A stretch of DNA of 63,784 nt, filler included, from Rhabdomonas costata (taxonomy: Eukaryota): NCBI GenBank assembly GCA_019059605.1. It is 56 parts of 56 records of this genome, joined end to end, with 100 filler letters (N's around TTAATTAATTAA, not from the genome) between each part and the next. Parts side by side here need not be neighbours in the genome. Positions count along the whole stretch, not along the records: positions 61,605 to 62,644 come from JAHMHO010031903.1; positions 62,745 to 63,784 come from JAHMHO010031904.1; 54 more parts are not named here. One strand, given 5' to 3'. The position numbers were made by a program, and so were the translations under genes. The notes beneath the pieces are model-generated. The model ran no database searches and was not told where the DNA came from. It saw nothing but the letters and a program-made list of their open reading frames with translations. Positions 61,842 to 63,784 of this stretch are shown piece by piece (the first letter of the stretch is position 1; each line of letters begins with the position of its first letter).

Positions 61842-62078
61842 ATTTTGCTCTTGAAGCAGTACAGCGTGGACCACTACCTGGACCTGCAGGAGCAGCTCAC
61901 GCTTCAGGACGAGTGGCAGACCCGATTCACCAGCATCGCACCCGCGGACATGGCGGACTCGGCCACGGAGTTCTTCACAGGGGCCCTGGTGCGGCGCTTC
62001 GAGGAGTTCCGGCTCACCGCCGTGAACACCTTCAAGCCGGGCGATCCCAGCGTGTACCCCTCGGAAATCGACTTCCAC
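61842..62078 (+). CDS. Internal exon, unrecognised globular protein
   Basis: catag|ILLLKQYSVDHYLDLQEQLTLQDEWQTRF...FFTGALVRRFEEFRLTAVNTFKPGDPSVYPSEIDFH|gtctgg; 79 codons, very high GC3. Confidence 0.7.
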
Positions 62079-63784
62079 GTCTGGTCAAAACCCTTGATCT
62101 TTTAGCGCCTCCTCGAAGCCATCCCATTTTTTTTCGTCCGTCACACATGACAACGCTCGAACTGAAAACTGTGTGTTTGATGATCGGCTCCTCTCACATG
62201 AAGTTGGAGAACGGAGATTCTCTGGAGATTAGCAAGGGACGCTGTCCTGAGTTAACAATCTCTATCTTCTTCGAAAATGTATTGCTTCTGAATGTTTTTT
62301 CACTTTGCAAGACATTGCGCGCTTTATGGTTCGATTTAAAACGAAGATTACAAATGAGCCACACTGGTTGAGGCGACCCATCTGTGAAGAATGGCTTGCG
62401 CAACTATGACGGGGTGCGACTTGCGCATCGCCCCATCGTTGCCTACGCACTGGTCGATTTTGTTGCACCATGGCATCCTTTGCACTCTCTGTTATTCATC
62501 TGAATAGGATCCATCGCAGATAATGAGACTCGTATCAAAACGTGTCCTTAATCCTTGTCTTCTGTTTACTGCGTTGAAAACTTGAAAGGAGCGGGGCATT
62601 TCTACTTTCTGCGCATTCACAAAAACCCCAACCACACCCAACACNNNNNNNNNNNNNNNNNNNNNNNNNNNNNNNNNNNNNNNNNNNNTTAATTAATTAA
62701 NNNNNNNNNNNNNNNNNNNNNNNNNNNNNNNNNNNNNNNNNNNNGGTTTGGGTGGGAGAGGGACTCCTCAATTCGATGTGGGTGTTTGCGCATCGCGCCT
62801 TCACCATTTGCTTGGTTGGTCTTTGTTTTGGGCTTCGTCTTAGGTTTGGAGAACTTCCCTCTTTTGCTCGGTAAGGGCGTTCGCCTGATGTTAGGCTCGA
62901 AGCAATGAGCGGGAAATCAAAAGATACCAGTGTGATTGAATTCCAAGCCTTGCTTTGGGTTCACTCTCGAATGGAAGTCCTACCCGGGTAAATTTGTTTG
63001 TCGGAACGTCCTACATTTTTCGCATGGGTTCCACTGTTGAGAACTTTTGCACCTTTAACAACTAACCCGAAGGAAGCGGGTGAAGGCATGATTTTGTGGG
63101 GATTATGCGCATCTGGACGCCTGGCTGGTTCAAAACCAAACCTTCCTGGGTATCGTATCACGCAGGGGAGGACGGGGATCAGCAATTGCGTGGCTTTTTC
63201 CTTATCTCGCTTCGGAAAACTGTTTCACCCGTTGCTGTTGAAACTGAAAGGGGTCTTTCTGGCTCATCCTTTTCCTTTACTGACTCAAACGGGTTTACAT
63301 GTTGAGGAGTTGCCGAAAATGCCATTTTTTGTTTCTCAAATGGGTTTTTATGGAAAAGTTTACGCCATTTAGCGCCAGTTGTGCCTCTTTGCGCCAGTCT
63401 TTCCTCTTTTGGATCGGGTGGCCCCAATAAGACCGGCGTGGCCCAAACTTAAGTGTCTGCCCATCCCCGTGCATGCACTACAGACCATGTGCCACCAACC
63501 ATTACAGTGTTCCTCGCAATGTTATGAAAATGTCATGTGCGGAGCTAGTGTTGATACCATCCCGAAAAAAATTTTATATTTTGTTTCTTTTCTTTTGAGC
63601 GAGGTGTCCGATCCGGGTCTATGGAAGTATTTTTTGCGTGTGTGCTGGCATTGCTCAGTTGGTATGATACGCAGGAACATAATTCCCTGTTGCTCTTGTG
63701 AAACGGTCGAAGACCGCAGGTAATTAGCAAGCACAGCATATCTTTCCTCACTGATTTGGCACAACGCTGCATTTAACACAACAC

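Noticed and set aside
8709-62078. Non-standard genetic code or euglenid non-conventional introns
   Set aside because: No in-frame stops occur in conserved exons, and every junction I could reconstruct is explained by GT-AG or GC-AG.
1263-63779. Most long ORFs in the supplied track
   Set aside because: They are antisense or off-frame shadows of GC-rich exons, exon-plus-intron read-throughs, or microsatellite translations.

Overview
This window is not a contiguous locus. It is 56 unrelated contigs of about 1.04 kb, joined by 100-nt artificial linkers (N44-TTAATTAATTAA-N44), so no neighbourhood inference across linkers is valid. Most contigs begin with G/T-only and end with A/C-only runs, and several have fold-back inverted repeats at their ends; both point to whole-genome-amplified input. 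The DNA is an intron-rich nuclear genome of a flagellated eukaryote with short GC3-rich exons and GT-AG (probably also GC-AG) introns, read in the standard code. The eL22 sequence, a TTAGGG tract and Cache-type receptor fragments suggest a euglenozoan, probably a euglenid (inference). Recognisable gene fragments: oxalate-CoA ligase, PWP1, HGH1, presequence protease, a GT8 glycosyltransferase, Nup155, RNR large subunit, RecQ, THOC2, an SLC35F6-like transporter, DAG lipase, inner-arm dynein heavy chain, an acyl-CoA synthetase, BBS5, RPL22, aspartyl aminopeptidase, an R-S-E type ADP-ribosyltransferase, Cache, Kelch, WD40 and LRR proteins, and a Ty3/Gypsy integrase remnant. The most unusual signal is in contig 1 (488-871, minus strand): at least 7 sequence-variable but structure-conserved hairpins built from tandem G.A/G.A steps and GNA triloops, a single-stranded-DNA structural code. 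The second is a contig closed by a 127-nt terminal repeat, i.e. a 914-bp circle or tandem unit (29666-30706). All protein assignments are by eye from remembered family motifs; no search was run.
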